From the IMG/VR virus record IMGVR_UViG_3300020045_006698, positions 1-49,641 of that record: a stretch of 49,641 nucleotides of DNA; one strand, given 5' to 3'. The notes under the pieces were generated by a model. That model was not told where the DNA came from. It made no database searches and saw only the letters and a program-made list of their open reading frames with translations. The position numbers and the translations under genes were made by a program. Positions 8,685 through 18,860 of the stretch are shown here, piece by piece; position 1 is the stretch's first letter, and every line of letters starts with the position of its first letter. The stretch is from a virus. Lineage: Duplodnaviria > Caudoviricetes.

Positions 8685-9716
8685 CTATACTTCTATAAAA
8701 TTATCTTTAAGTTCAACAACTCCATTATTATCTACAATATATTTTGGAGTAATATATTCTTTATTTTTCCAACACCAATATATCTCATCTAATAATTCAT
8801 CTATACCTCTATATCGATATTTACCAATATTAAAACCTTTATACGCAGCTTGAACCCATTTATCTGTCATTATAAACAATAAAGGTGTTTTATCTGATTT
8901 AGATATATATAAAAATTTAAAAGGTTCTAATGTATAACCTTCAAGTTTTAAAAGTTTACAAATTTCATCAAAAGCTCTTTGGTATAAAGCACCTTGGAAA
9001 TAATATCTCCATTTAATAAAACTTTCTTCAAATTCAATAGCATTATTTTTACCAGTTTTTAAATCAATTAATTGAACTGTTTTATTTTTATGGTCAATTG
9101 TTAAAATATCTATGATACCTCTAATTTTAAAACCATGATAATCAAATTCAAATTTAACTTGATAATAATTATCTAAATCATTATTTAATATATATTTAGA
9201 ATATTTATGTTCCTTTAAGATTGTACTTAATTCTAAAGCATCATTATATTCAGATGTTGTAATTATAATTTTACCTGTAGATTCAAACATACATTTTAAA
9301 TAATTCCAAAATTCAGGTATATCAAAATTAGAATACAATGTTTCTTCTTTTTGACGTTTCCATAAATTATTTTGTTGGATTATATTAAGAACTTCTTCTC
9401 GTGTTGGAATCTCTAAATAATTTTTTATAATTATATCACATAATACACCTAATGTAGCAGTTGGTTTATCACCATCAAACTTATAATATAATTTATTAAA
9501 TTCATCATTTGATAAAAATAATAAATCATCTACCAATGAACCTAATTTTAAACCGACACCTTCTACACTTTTTTGACGTATTAATGATATTGCTCCATTT
9601 CTATCAAAATCTGAAATTTTACTATAAGAAACACTTAAATCAATTATTTCTTCATTATCCAGTACTTTTGATAAGTTGTTTATTTTCTCTCTCTCCTTCT
9701 CCATCAATCTCCTCAA
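8685..9716 (-). CDS. PD-(D/E)XK exonuclease
   Basis: GIIDIL..D...IDLKTG...YYFQGALY; start probably 9704. Confidence 0.8.
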   Translation of the reverse strand: MRRLMEKEREKINNLSKVLDNEEIIDLSVSYSKISDFDRNGAISLIRQKSVEGVGLKLGSLVDDLLFLSNDEFNKLYYKFDGDKPTATLGVLCDIIIKNYLEIPTREEVLNIIQQNNLWKRQKEETLYSNFDIPEFWNYLKCMFESTGKIIITTSEYNDALELSTILKEHKYSKYILNNDLDNYYQVKFEFDYHGFKIRGIIDILTIDHKNKTVQLIDLKTGKNNAIEFEESFIKWRYYFQGALYQRAFDEICKLLKLEGYTLEPFKFLYISKSDKTPLLFIMTDKWVQAAYKGFNIGKYRYRGIDELLDEIYWCWKNKEYITPKYIVDNNGVVELKDNFIEV

Positions 9717-9915
9717 TTATTAAATCCATTAGATTATCTTCTAATCGATTATAAATATTATTATCTTGTAAATCAAGATAATCTACATTGTTTTCTAGAA
9801 ACAATCTAGCTGAATTAATTTGATGATTGTTAACATATGATATAAAAGTATCATAATTTTCATCATCAAATAACATTAAAGCTAATTGCTCTATATTTAA
9901 TAATTTGTTTTTCAT
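9655..9915 (-). CDS. hypothetical protein
   Basis: ORF tiled in operon. Confidence 0.6.
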   Translation of the reverse strand: MKNKLLNIEQLALMLFDDENYDTFISYVNNHQINSARLFLENNVDYLDLQDNNIYNRLEDNLMDLIIEEIDGEGERENKQLIKSTG

Positions 9916-9930
9916 TGTTTTATTTTTGTT

Positions 9931-10395
9931 TTATAAAACCCTAATAAATACACCGGGATTTTCTTTAGAATAACTACTGTACTCTCTATCTATTTCCATT
10001 GGAAAAGGTAAGAATACAGTAGTGTCATCATCTTCTATTATATCGTGAGCTGTAAGTAAATCTGCAATAAGCTGATTAGCATTATTAAAATCATATTTAT
10101 GTTTACTTCCACGTACAAAATGAAATCCTATTTTATAAGGTTTTTCTTTTAAATATTTATCAAAATATTCTCTTGTTTTTTCAAACTCATTTGGTCTATT
10201 AACATAACCTCTAATTATTTTTTTACTAGATGAAAAGGATTGTATTCCTAATGCTCTAATATATTTATTAACCGCTGGTGATGAAAATATACCTCTTGAT
10301 GTTTTAACTTTTGAATTCTTTAAACTAGGTACTGAACCATTTATAAATAAATATTCATCACCATTTAATTCTACAATTTTTACCATTGATTCCAT
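9931..10395 (-). CDS. RusA-like Holliday junction resolvase
   Basis: VPSLKN, KYDFNN, D..DDD acidic motifs. Confidence 0.6.
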   Translation of the reverse strand: MESMVKIVELNGDEYLFINGSVPSLKNSKVKTSRGIFSSPAVNKYIRALGIQSFSSSKKIIRGYVNRPNEFEKTREYFDKYLKEKPYKIGFHFVRGSKHKYDFNNANQLIADLLTAHDIIEDDDTTVFLPFPMEIDREYSSYSKENPGVFIRVL

Positions 10396-11056
10396 CTATT
10401 TCCAAATTAATCGCATTTAACGAGTCGTAGTCAAGTACATGATTTTGTAAAATAGTATGTAATCTAGGGTCAATTAAATCAACAAATGGTTTTCTAACTT
10501 CTTCATCACCTATAAAAAGAAATATCATACCTGTAGTAGCATTATTAATAACTTTTAAAACTTCTTTTGAAAAATCAAACCATTTAGTTTTTTGAGATCG
10601 TTTAGATCCTTTTAATTGACTTAATGCAGTATTATATAAAAATACACCTTGAGAAATCCAATTATCTAATGTATAATCAATTTTATGTTCTGTTTCTTGA
10701 TTATAATTATTAACTTTATTTAATAAATTTACTAAATGTTCATCATAATCATTATTATAACTAATTTTATTAGCAAATGCAACACCATTACTTCGATAAG
10801 TAATCTCGGGTTTACAATCTATAATACAAACATTGGTTTCTTGTAAATCTAGTTTATTAAATATTGAAAATAAGTCTTTTTTTATAGGATAAATATCTTT
10901 ATCTTTATATAATTCAAAAATAGAATACATTATATCGGGCATTTGATCACCGTTTATAAATTTATGTAATCTATTATACCAACCATTAGACATTAAATCT
11001 CTATAATTTACTTGTAAATTATAATTATAATTTTTATGAAAGTACGTTGTCAGCAT
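10358..11056 (-). CDS. Family-1 uracil-DNA glycosylase-like protein with degenerate catalytic motifs
   Basis: IYP, NGVAF, LDNWISQGVFLYNTALS, W..F..EV, FLFIG scaffold; GQDPY and HPSP not present. Confidence 0.7.
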   Translation of the reverse strand: MLTTYFHKNYNYNLQVNYRDLMSNGWYNRLHKFINGDQMPDIMYSIFELYKDKDIYPIKKDLFSIFNKLDLQETNVCIIDCKPEITYRSNGVAFANKISYNNDYDEHLVNLLNKVNNYNQETEHKIDYTLDNWISQGVFLYNTALSQLKGSKRSQKTKWFDFSKEVLKVINNATTGMIFLFIGDEEVRKPFVDLIDPRLHTILQNHVLDYDSLNAINLEIDGINGKNCRIKW

Positions 11057-12864
11057 CAGATTTTTTGACTATTTATTATAATTCGATCTAAACTATCACT
11101 ATAAGTACTCCATTTAATAGGACTATCTATTGAAGATCCATTAAAATAAATAGGTACACTTTCTTTCATTTGTTGTACAATACCTTTTCTACGAGGATTG
11201 GGTTTTTTTAAAACAATACCAACTTCATTTGAATCTTCATCTATTAAAGAACCACTAGTTTTTTCCATTTTAGATATTACTTTATCATAATATTCTTGAA
11301 AATCTACAGGTATTTCTGACTTATCAATGTTAACATTATCAATATTAATTTTTTTTAAATTACTAATGTTTGAAGATTCCCATTTAAGAGTATTAAAAGA
11401 TTTAATATCATCTTCATTATAGTTGATTTTACCATCTCGGTTAAAATCTTCAGTAATATTTAATCTTCTTTTAAAATAATTATAGTTTTCTTTATGAAAA
11501 TTATTACAATTACTACCAATATTTCTTTGAATGTGTTCAGACAACCATGTTAGAAAATGACCATTTTTAAGATAACCATCTCTATTTAACAAAATATTTT
11601 CAGTATTATTTTTAACATAATCTATTATAAATACATTTAAATATAAAAAGTTTATAATTTTATTAATATCATATGTAGGTGTATGAATTCTAAACTCAAT
11701 AGTTTGTTTATTTCCAAATATTAGAGGAATTAAATTTGTAAAATAATAACGTGTATTAATATTCCATTTTTGAGTACCATTAGGATCTCTATGATGTGAT
11801 TTTACATTATTTAAGTCATAATCATAATTTTGCATATCATCACCTTCAGACAGATACCTAAACAAAATATTAAAATTTTTACTAATATTTTTACTATTAA
11901 TAACAGGATCTAGTTGAAAATTAACTTTTTCAACAGGTAAAGGTTTACTATATTCTTTACGTTTAATACCAAAATTATATTTTTTATATAAAGGAAACAT
12001 TTGAAATATTTGATTTTGATATACAGACATAAATTTCCAAAAAGCTAAAATAAATTCAGGTGTTCTTGGGATATTACCAATATGTAAATGAGTTGAACAA
12101 GTTATGTCATATTCTGTACGTTTTTGTAATTCTTTTACAGAATCAATAATAGCTTGTAAACCTTTTTTACCTTGTAAAGGAATTGTGACATATTCTAAAC
12201 CTGCTATACTACCATCTCTTAAAGGAATTAATGGTAATTGATTAAGTTTTTTATTTGTTAAAATACCTTTAGTTGTTTCAAATTCTAAACCAAATGTATA
12301 ATCTTTTAAATAATTACCATACATTTCTACATTTTTACAAATGGTAGGTTTGTAATTTTGTTCATAATTTAAAGTATATTGTTCAGTGATACCTTTTGAA
12401 TCATAAGGTAAACTTTCTTTATATCTTTTTTCAACTTCTCTTAACATGTTAAGTTCTTTAACTGTTTTTAAAGAAATATGATAAAAAATACCTGTTGATT
12501 TACATTCTCTATAATATAAAGGAATTATATCTTCATTAATACAAGTTAAATTTTCTTTATTTTTTAAATAAATTTCAATATTATATAAAGGATTTAATGT
12601 GAAATAACCTAAAATAGGATTTTCTTTATTAAAACCAATAATACCTTTAATTAATGTATTATTTTTAAGAGTATATTCTTGTTCAGAATGATTAAATACT
12701 ATTTTACCTGTATTAAATCTAATATATCTATTATTAATTAAATATATATCTCCTGAATTTTCAACTTTATTATTACCAATTAAATAATATTCACCTTTTA
12801 TACATCTACAAAAACTTTCAGGATAATTTTGTCCGTTGATTGTTTTTACAATTTTTTCTTCCAT
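11056..12864 (-). CDS. Putative amidoligase (COOH-NH2 ligase superfamily)
   Basis: FGLEFET, DGSI, LEYVT, CSTHLHIG, RYYFTN, TIEFRIH. Confidence 0.85.
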   Translation of the reverse strand: MEEKIVKTINGQNYPESFCRCIKGEYYLIGNNKVENSGDIYLINNRYIRFNTGKIVFNHSEQEYTLKNNTLIKGIIGFNKENPILGYFTLNPLYNIEIYLKNKENLTCINEDIIPLYYRECKSTGIFYHISLKTVKELNMLREVEKRYKESLPYDSKGITEQYTLNYEQNYKPTICKNVEMYGNYLKDYTFGLEFETTKGILTNKKLNQLPLIPLRDGSIAGLEYVTIPLQGKKGLQAIIDSVKELQKRTEYDITCSTHLHIGNIPRTPEFILAFWKFMSVYQNQIFQMFPLYKKYNFGIKRKEYSKPLPVEKVNFQLDPVINSKNISKNFNILFRYLSEGDDMQNYDYDLNNVKSHHRDPNGTQKWNINTRYYFTNLIPLIFGNKQTIEFRIHTPTYDINKIINFLYLNVFIIDYVKNNTENILLNRDGYLKNGHFLTWLSEHIQRNIGSNCNNFHKENYNYFKRRLNITEDFNRDGKINYNEDDIKSFNTLKWESSNISNLKKINIDNVNIDKSEIPVDFQEYYDKVISKMEKTSGSLIDEDSNEVGIVLKKPNPRRKGIVQQMKESVPIYFNGSSIDSPIKWSTYSDSLDRIIINSQKI

Positions 12865-12870
12865 TTTATA

Positions 12871-14688
12871 TTATTTTTCATATTGTTCTGATACACAATC
12901 AATACTCATTAAATATTCTTTACCTGATTCAATTAATAGTTGAATCTCTTCATTATCTTCATTTTTTAAATTTTCATGAACAATTTGCATTTGACTGTAT
13001 ATAGGTAAAAAATGTTGATCTACAATACTTATTACTTTAGTTTTTTCTTTTTCATTATTATAAAATTCATTTTCTTCTTCTAAATCTTTTTCAGATAAAA
13101 AAGGTATAACTGGTCTTTTTGTTAAATCTACTGGTAATTTTTCAGGTAATATTAAACTACAACAATCTAATTTAATAGGTAATTCTATTTGAACTCCATC
13201 AGATGTTTTCTCCGAATCTTCTTTATACTCTTCTAATTTATCAATAGATATTAAATTTCCTTGTTCAATATTATAAATATTATTAGAACCAATAGGTGTA
13301 AAGTTATTACTATATTTCTGAGCATTATAAATAATATTTTGATTATCTTCAGAATTTTTCTTTAAATTACAAATAGGATATCTAGACATAGTAGATAAAT
13401 CTTCAATTGTAAAATTTTTAAAACCTGATTTTAATGCTAAATAATCTTCAGCAGTTTCAAGTAAAACACCATTATACATATAATTTAAACTAGGGTGTTG
13501 ACCTACTATAAAAGGGATAAATAATGTATTATCTATTTTTAATATTTCATCTAATTCATCATCTCCTATAAACCTTTCTTTAAATAAACTAAAATATCTA
13601 GAAATAAGATTATACGAAATTTTATCAATTTCTTTAAGTTCTTCAGTTAATTTATAAAAACCAAATCCTTTTATCCAAGTATAAATACCATTTATATGAT
13701 GACCATTTCTTTTATATCTTAAATTTTCATAATAAATTTTACAAGGAAATTCATTTCTTATTCCACGTTCATTAAATATATTAGTAACAGAAGATTTATT
13801 TTTAATTCTACGACGTTGAGATTTAGTAAGGTGGTTAACATTTATATTTTTATTAGTCGTAGAAACATTCGCTCCACCTTTGGAAAAATTTCCACCATAA
13901 GCTTTTTTTTGTCCTACATTACTTCTATCTATTTGATGTTCAACGGCACTTTTTACGTTACCATTTTTAATTTCATATAAAATATTATGCTCAAATTCAA
14001 AAACATTTTTATCTTTTTCTCCACCAATAAACAATAATGCTTCTTCAATGGAAGATATATATAATGAATTTTTAGATTCTTGATAATAATATAAAGGTCT
14101 TTCTTCATATATTAATCCGTTATCACCAACTTCTTTTTTAGAGGCACCATGAAAAGCAAATATTGTATCTGGTTCTCTTAAATCTTGGAATACAAGAGCT
14201 GCACCACCTACATATTCTTCTAAAACATTAATATTTCTAGTTTTATATAGTATTTCCAATAAAACTTCAGAATCATTTTTACGTCTATCCCAAACATTAT
14301 TAGCATTATATATAGAAACTTCAATTTCATATTTTTTAGCTAATTCTTCATAGTCAATTAATGTACCGTTATGACAACCTATAAATTCATAATTTCCGTC
14401 TAAATCACCATATCCAAAAGGATGAGCATTATGGATAGTATGTAATCCAACACTACCTTTTCGAGTATGACCAATTACTGCAGGAATACCTTTTGGTTTA
14501 GGATAATTTTTATTTATGATAAAATCTTCAAATTTTTTATTTTTGTCAACACCATAATAAATTTCACCATCAACAGCTACTCCACAAGAATCACCACCTC
14601 TACTTTCATTAAATAATCCTAATATATTTAATTTATCAGAATTAAATTGTTTCGAGTCTTTTCCAGACCAAGCAATTATACCACACAC
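12871..14688 (-). CDS. Class II (Ntn) glutamine amidotransferase with C-terminal extension
   Basis: MCGI start, RGGDSCG, GHTRK, NAHPF, HNGTL, DSE. Confidence 0.9.
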   Translation of the reverse strand: MCGIIAWSGKDSKQFNSDKLNILGLFNESRGGDSCGVAVDGEIYYGVDKNKKFEDFIINKNYPKPKGIPAVIGHTRKGSVGLHTIHNAHPFGYGDLDGNYEFIGCHNGTLIDYEELAKKYEIEVSIYNANNVWDRRKNDSEVLLEILYKTRNINVLEEYVGGAALVFQDLREPDTIFAFHGASKKEVGDNGLIYEERPLYYYQESKNSLYISSIEEALLFIGGEKDKNVFEFEHNILYEIKNGNVKSAVEHQIDRSNVGQKKAYGGNFSKGGANVSTTNKNINVNHLTKSQRRRIKNKSSVTNIFNERGIRNEFPCKIYYENLRYKRNGHHINGIYTWIKGFGFYKLTEELKEIDKISYNLISRYFSLFKERFIGDDELDEILKIDNTLFIPFIVGQHPSLNYMYNGVLLETAEDYLALKSGFKNFTIEDLSTMSRYPICNLKKNSEDNQNIIYNAQKYSNNFTPIGSNNIYNIEQGNLISIDKLEEYKEDSEKTSDGVQIELPIKLDCCSLILPEKLPVDLTKRPVIPFLSEKDLEEENEFYNNEKEKTKVISIVDQHFLPIYSQMQIVHENLKNEDNEEIQLLIESGKEYLMSIDCVSEQYEK

Positions 14689-15500
14689 TATACTGTAGTT
14701 TTATTTTTTACTTGCGTAAAGTTAATAATTTGTTCAGCTAATTCTAAATCATTATTAGTGATCGCTTCTTTAGTTTTTTCTGAAAAATTTTCTATAAGTT
14801 CATCAGATTCACCATCTAATACACAATTAACTGCTTTTAATGTTTGATTAAAAACCCAATCTCTAGTTTCTTCATTATGAATCCAAAAATTAGATAAAGC
14901 TCTACATTCTACACCAAATTCTTTAAATCTAAAAGAACCTGGTTTACCATACAATTCTCTACGACGCGTATCATTGTCTTTAAATAGAGCTGGTAAAGTT
15001 ACAAATATATCAAAAGCTTTTACAATTTTTTCAGTTGTTTCTTGTGTAGGATTAGGATATCCAATAGCTACGTGACCACCAGCACATCTTAAATTTGTGT
15101 TACTATCGGGAGCTTCATTTTCAGCTCTTAAATATACATTATAATCTGGCTCACACCCAAATGTAGTTGCTTGTGGTGTTTGTAAATATTTTTGATTAAT
15201 TTCATCACTTACTTTTGTACTAAAATTATAACCATGAGCAGAAGCTAATATTTCTAAATAATCTTGACAAAATTTATGAGCTTCATTCCATTCTTCAGTT
15301 GTAGTACAAGGAGGTATATTATATTCAAACATAATACCATCTTCTTGTATCATATGACCATTTTCACTAATTGGTTTTGGTGCATATTTTGTACCACCTT
15401 CAGTTAAACCTTCAGCAGATACAATTTCTTTATCATCACAGATAAAAATTTCTGGGTCAGAACCCAATGTTATATTATGTTTATTTTCTATGTTATTCAT
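14688..15500 (-). CDS. phiEco32-like COOH-NH2 ligase type 2
   Basis: LGSDPEIF, EYNIPP, FGCEPDYN, AGGHVAIG, RRELYGKPGSFR, ECRALSNFW. Confidence 0.88.
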   Translation of the reverse strand: MNNIENKHNITLGSDPEIFICDDKEIVSAEGLTEGGTKYAPKPISENGHMIQEDGIMFEYNIPPCTTTEEWNEAHKFCQDYLEILASAHGYNFSTKVSDEINQKYLQTPQATTFGCEPDYNVYLRAENEAPDSNTNLRCAGGHVAIGYPNPTQETTEKIVKAFDIFVTLPALFKDNDTRRRELYGKPGSFRFKEFGVECRALSNFWIHNEETRDWVFNQTLKAVNCVLDGESDELIENFSEKTKEAITNNDLELAEQIINFTQVKNKTTV

Positions 15501-15741
15501 TTTTTAATGTTTTTATTTGATATAATGCTAACAATAAACCTTCTTCAATTCTACATAATTTACTTTTAGGTTTAGTTTTATCGTATTTTTTATCAGATTG
15601 TATTTCCAATATAGTTTTTTCAATTTCTTGAATTGCTTTTTTTCTAAAATCTATTGCACCAAAAGCAAAATTCATTCTAAAAATTCCAGGAATTTTAATT
15701 TCAGATAATGATTTTTTAATCCAACTTTTATCAATTTCCAT
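15493..15741 (-). CDS. hypothetical protein
   Basis: ORF within ligase cluster. Confidence 0.6.
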   Translation of the reverse strand: MEIDKSWIKKSLSEIKIPGIFRMNFAFGAIDFRKKAIQEIEKTILEIQSDKKYDKTKPKSKLCRIEEGLLLALYQIKTLKNE

Positions 15742-15747
15742 TTATTT

Positions 15748-16416
15748 TTATAATTTTAACATTTGTTGAATATATTTTAAAAAGAACATTTTTTCTTCTA
15801 TTGACATTACTCCTGATTCAGGATGACCTTGTATAGCTAAAGCATTGTATTTTGGGTAAAATACAATTTCTGATTCTACAAAATCATTTGGTAAACTAAT
15901 ATTTTCATTATCACCATTTAAATACACACCACTTCTATTATATGTTGAATAAGCACACATAATATAATCTTCTTTAGATAGATTGAAAGGATATAACATT
16001 TGGTGATGTGTTGAAGTTATTTCAACAATTTGGTTAAAAGGATGAACAATGTCAATTGTATGTTTACCACCAATACCATGTCCTTCAACATGTTGTATTA
16101 ATTTACCTCCAGCCATTACAGTTAAAAATTGACTTCCTCTACATATTCCTAATTTAGGAATATTTAAAGTGTATTGAAACATTTTATGTTCAATATTATC
16201 TCTTTTTTTATTAATAGAAGTATATTTACCTGTTCTTTCTCCATAATATTCAGGATAAACATCTTCTCCACCAGTAAATAATACTAAATCAATATTTTCT
16301 TTACCTGTATAATTAGAAAAATTAATAATATTTACATCAAATTGTAAAGCTAAAAAAGCTAAATAACTATCATTTCCTGTTTGTTCGTTTATTAGAACAT
16401 TTAATTTCTTTTTCAT
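15748..16416 (-). CDS. Class I glutamine amidotransferase / peptidase C26 (PuuD-like)
   Basis: TGGEDV, GICRGSQ, STHHQ, QGHPE catalytic triad. Confidence 0.9.
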   Translation of the reverse strand: MKKKLNVLINEQTGNDSYLAFLALQFDVNIINFSNYTGKENIDLVLFTGGEDVYPEYYGERTGKYTSINKKRDNIEHKMFQYTLNIPKLGICRGSQFLTVMAGGKLIQHVEGHGIGGKHTIDIVHPFNQIVEITSTHHQMLYPFNLSKEDYIMCAYSTYNRSGVYLNGDNENISLPNDFVESEIVFYPKYNALAIQGHPESGVMSIEEKMFFLKYIQQMLKL

Positions 16417-17129
16417 TAATTATTTAATAATTGATTAATATATTCTACAGCAATTTTACAATTAAATTCTTCTGGATGATACTGAAAAGCTACAATTGGT
16501 AATTCATTATGTTTAATGATTTCAGGAACGATTGCTATTTCATAACTATCATATGTCTTTTTACTGTCATTCCAATATTGCCAATTTCTAATATGTCGAG
16601 TATTACCATAACAACCTGAATACATTTGACCATAAGCTACAATTGATAAATTATTACCTAATTTATCAACAGATTGATGATGCATTGTATTTACAGAATA
16701 GGATGTACCATCTTCAAATTGAATTTCTTGTTTAGTAGAAACTCTATTTTCACCTTGATGGTGTCCGATAATATGTTGGTTAAGAGTACCTCCAAAGAAA
16801 ACATTCAATGATTGCATACCTCGACATATACCTACAATAGGTTTTTTAAGATCAATCATTAACGGAATTAAAGTTTTATCTAAATATTCATAATGAATAT
16901 TTACTCTACCATCCATTACTCCTGGTACTCCATTATATCTCATTGGATCTACATCTGCTCCACCGGGAACTATTAATAAATCAATTTCTTGACTTACTTT
17001 AACTAAATCATCTGTTGTAGAAATTAATCTAACATAACCAAATTGACTTAAAAATTGCATATATGCAAAAGTCTGACCTACTTTACCATTGAAAGTGTCA
17101 GCATAAACACCAATAATTCGTTTTTTCAT
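16416..17129 (-). CDS. Class I glutamine amidotransferase / peptidase C26 (PuuD-like)
   Basis: PGGADVDP, GICRGMQ, NTMHHQ, QYHPE. Confidence 0.9.
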   Translation of the reverse strand: MKKRIIGVYADTFNGKVGQTFAYMQFLSQFGYVRLISTTDDLVKVSQEIDLLIVPGGADVDPMRYNGVPGVMDGRVNIHYEYLDKTLIPLMIDLKKPIVGICRGMQSLNVFFGGTLNQHIIGHHQGENRVSTKQEIQFEDGTSYSVNTMHHQSVDKLGNNLSIVAYGQMYSGCYGNTRHIRNWQYWNDSKKTYDSYEIAIVPEIIKHNELPIVAFQYHPEEFNCKIAVEYINQLLNN

Positions 17130-17142
17130 TGTTTTATTTTTT

Positions 17143-17559
17143 TTATAAATTGTTAGTATTTATCATTATTAATACCATTTTATTTCTATTTGTAGATTCA
17201 TATTCCTTTTCCATTATAAATATTCTATCACTAATTTCCCTAGAATTAATAATTTTTAATAATTCATTATAATAGTTCAATTTAATATCTGCTATTACAA
17301 TAAGTCTTCCTCCAAATTGTTCTTTAATATAATATAATAAAATTTTTAATCTGTCATAATTTTGTATTGAATCTATAATATTGCAAAATTTATTTATTGT
17401 AATATTTTGACAATTTCCAAAAGAACCATTGAAAGCATTAAAACATCCTCCATAATTAGAATTTAATACATATGTTTTACGAGCATACATGCCATCAACA
17501 GAAGTTTGTGAAATTTTATCTATTACTATAATATCTTCAATTTTTATTTTTTTTTCCAT
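17143..17559 (-). CDS. hypothetical protein, paralogue of 17559..17966
   Basis: NCQ, ADIK, YESTNRNKM motifs. Confidence 0.7.
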   Translation of the reverse strand: MEKKIKIEDIIVIDKISQTSVDGMYARKTYVLNSNYGGCFNAFNGSFGNCQNITINKFCNIIDSIQNYDRLKILLYYIKEQFGGRLIVIADIKLNYYNELLKIINSREISDRIFIMEKEYESTNRNKMVLIMINTNNL

Positions 17560-17966
17560 TATATTTGAGGTAATTTTAATTGTCTAATCGAACTTAATTT
17601 TATTAACATAATTGTCATATTACTACCATTTGTTGAAGTATAATCCATTTTATTAATAATTGAACTTTTTGCTAGTGAATTTTCAACATGTTCTACAAAT
17701 TCTTGTTTAATATCAATTAATAATATTTTTTTAGAAATACGAATATTATGTTTAAAACTCATTAAAAACTTTCTAATTTGATATTTATTCATTTGACCTA
17801 ATATAAAACCAATATTAGCAGCAGACATTACTTGGCAATTCATTGTTGGTGAATTAATTATATTAACTATTATTGGATAATGATTTTCTACAACTTTAAT
17901 TCTAATACTTGAATTAGGATAACCTCTATCAAATTCACATAGAGGTATATGATCTATATTATTCAC
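17559..17966 (-). CDS. hypothetical protein, paralogue of 17143..17559
   Basis: NCQ, IDIK, YTSTNGSNM motifs. Confidence 0.7.
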   Translation of the reverse strand: MNNIDHIPLCEFDRGYPNSSIRIKVVENHYPIIVNIINSPTMNCQVMSAANIGFILGQMNKYQIRKFLMSFKHNIRISKKILLIDIKQEFVEHVENSLAKSSIINKMDYTSTNGSNMTIMLIKLSSIRQLKLPQI

Positions 17967-18858
17967 GATAAATTCCTTTTTCTATTGCTTTTTTAACTAA
18001 TAATTTAGGTAATTCTTCTTTATATTTAACTAAAGTCATATCACCGAACGAGGGTGCTGAGTTTACTTCAACTACAATAAAATCAGGATTATCACGTCTT
18101 TCACCATCTGCATTTATATTATTTTGAACACGTAAATCACATGCTCCAAAATCTAAACCACAACTTACAACAGCTTTAACACAATGTTCAACAATTTCAT
18201 TCCAGTTATTAGGTTTATCAAAATTTTCATTTTCTTCTAATATCCAAACACAATTATCATCATGACGTTGCCAACTATTAGGGTGATCTCTGAATTCTTG
18301 ACGTAACATTTTACGACAAGTATAAAAACAACCATCAGCTGTTACATGAAGTCTATATTCTTTATTAAAATTACAATATTTTTCAAAAATATAATTACGT
18401 AAAATTTTACCTCTCATCCAATTTTCCAATTCTTGTTGAGATTTTAATAATGTATTACCTTGACCTCTTGAGCCATGATGAGATTTAGCTACAATTGGAT
18501 AACCTAATTGTTCTGATTGAAATATGATATCTTGTGATGCTTGAGCTGATTCACCTAATTCAGGATTACTTTTAAACCATTGAGCTGTTTTAACATCATG
18601 TTCTGTAAAACATTGTTTCATTCGTAATTTACTAGAACTGTTTCTAATAGCTTCTGCTGAGTTTAATTCAACTCTTGATAAATTATCTAGTTCTGTTAAA
18701 GAACCTAATCTTATAACGCTTCTAAATGGTAATCTAGCTAATGCTCTACGTAATCCTCTATGTGATGGATGACGACTTCTAATTTGAGGACAATAAACAC
18801 CTCTAGGAAGTTGAACTTCTCTTTCTATTTTTTTAAATTTTTTTACTATTACTGCCAT
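17959..18858 (-). CDS. ATP-grasp (RimK-like) ligase
   Basis: YPIVAK..HGSRGQG, EYRLHV, LDFGACD, VEVNSAP. Confidence 0.88.
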   Translation of the reverse strand: MAVIVKKFKKIEREVQLPRGVYCPQIRSRHPSHRGLRRALARLPFRSVIRLGSLTELDNLSRVELNSAEAIRNSSSKLRMKQCFTEHDVKTAQWFKSNPELGESAQASQDIIFQSEQLGYPIVAKSHHGSRGQGNTLLKSQQELENWMRGKILRNYIFEKYCNFNKEYRLHVTADGCFYTCRKMLRQEFRDHPNSWQRHDDNCVWILEENENFDKPNNWNEIVEHCVKAVVSCGLDFGACDLRVQNNINADGERRDNPDFIVVEVNSAPSFGDMTLVKYKEELPKLLVKKAIEKGIYRE

Positions 18859-18860
18859 AA

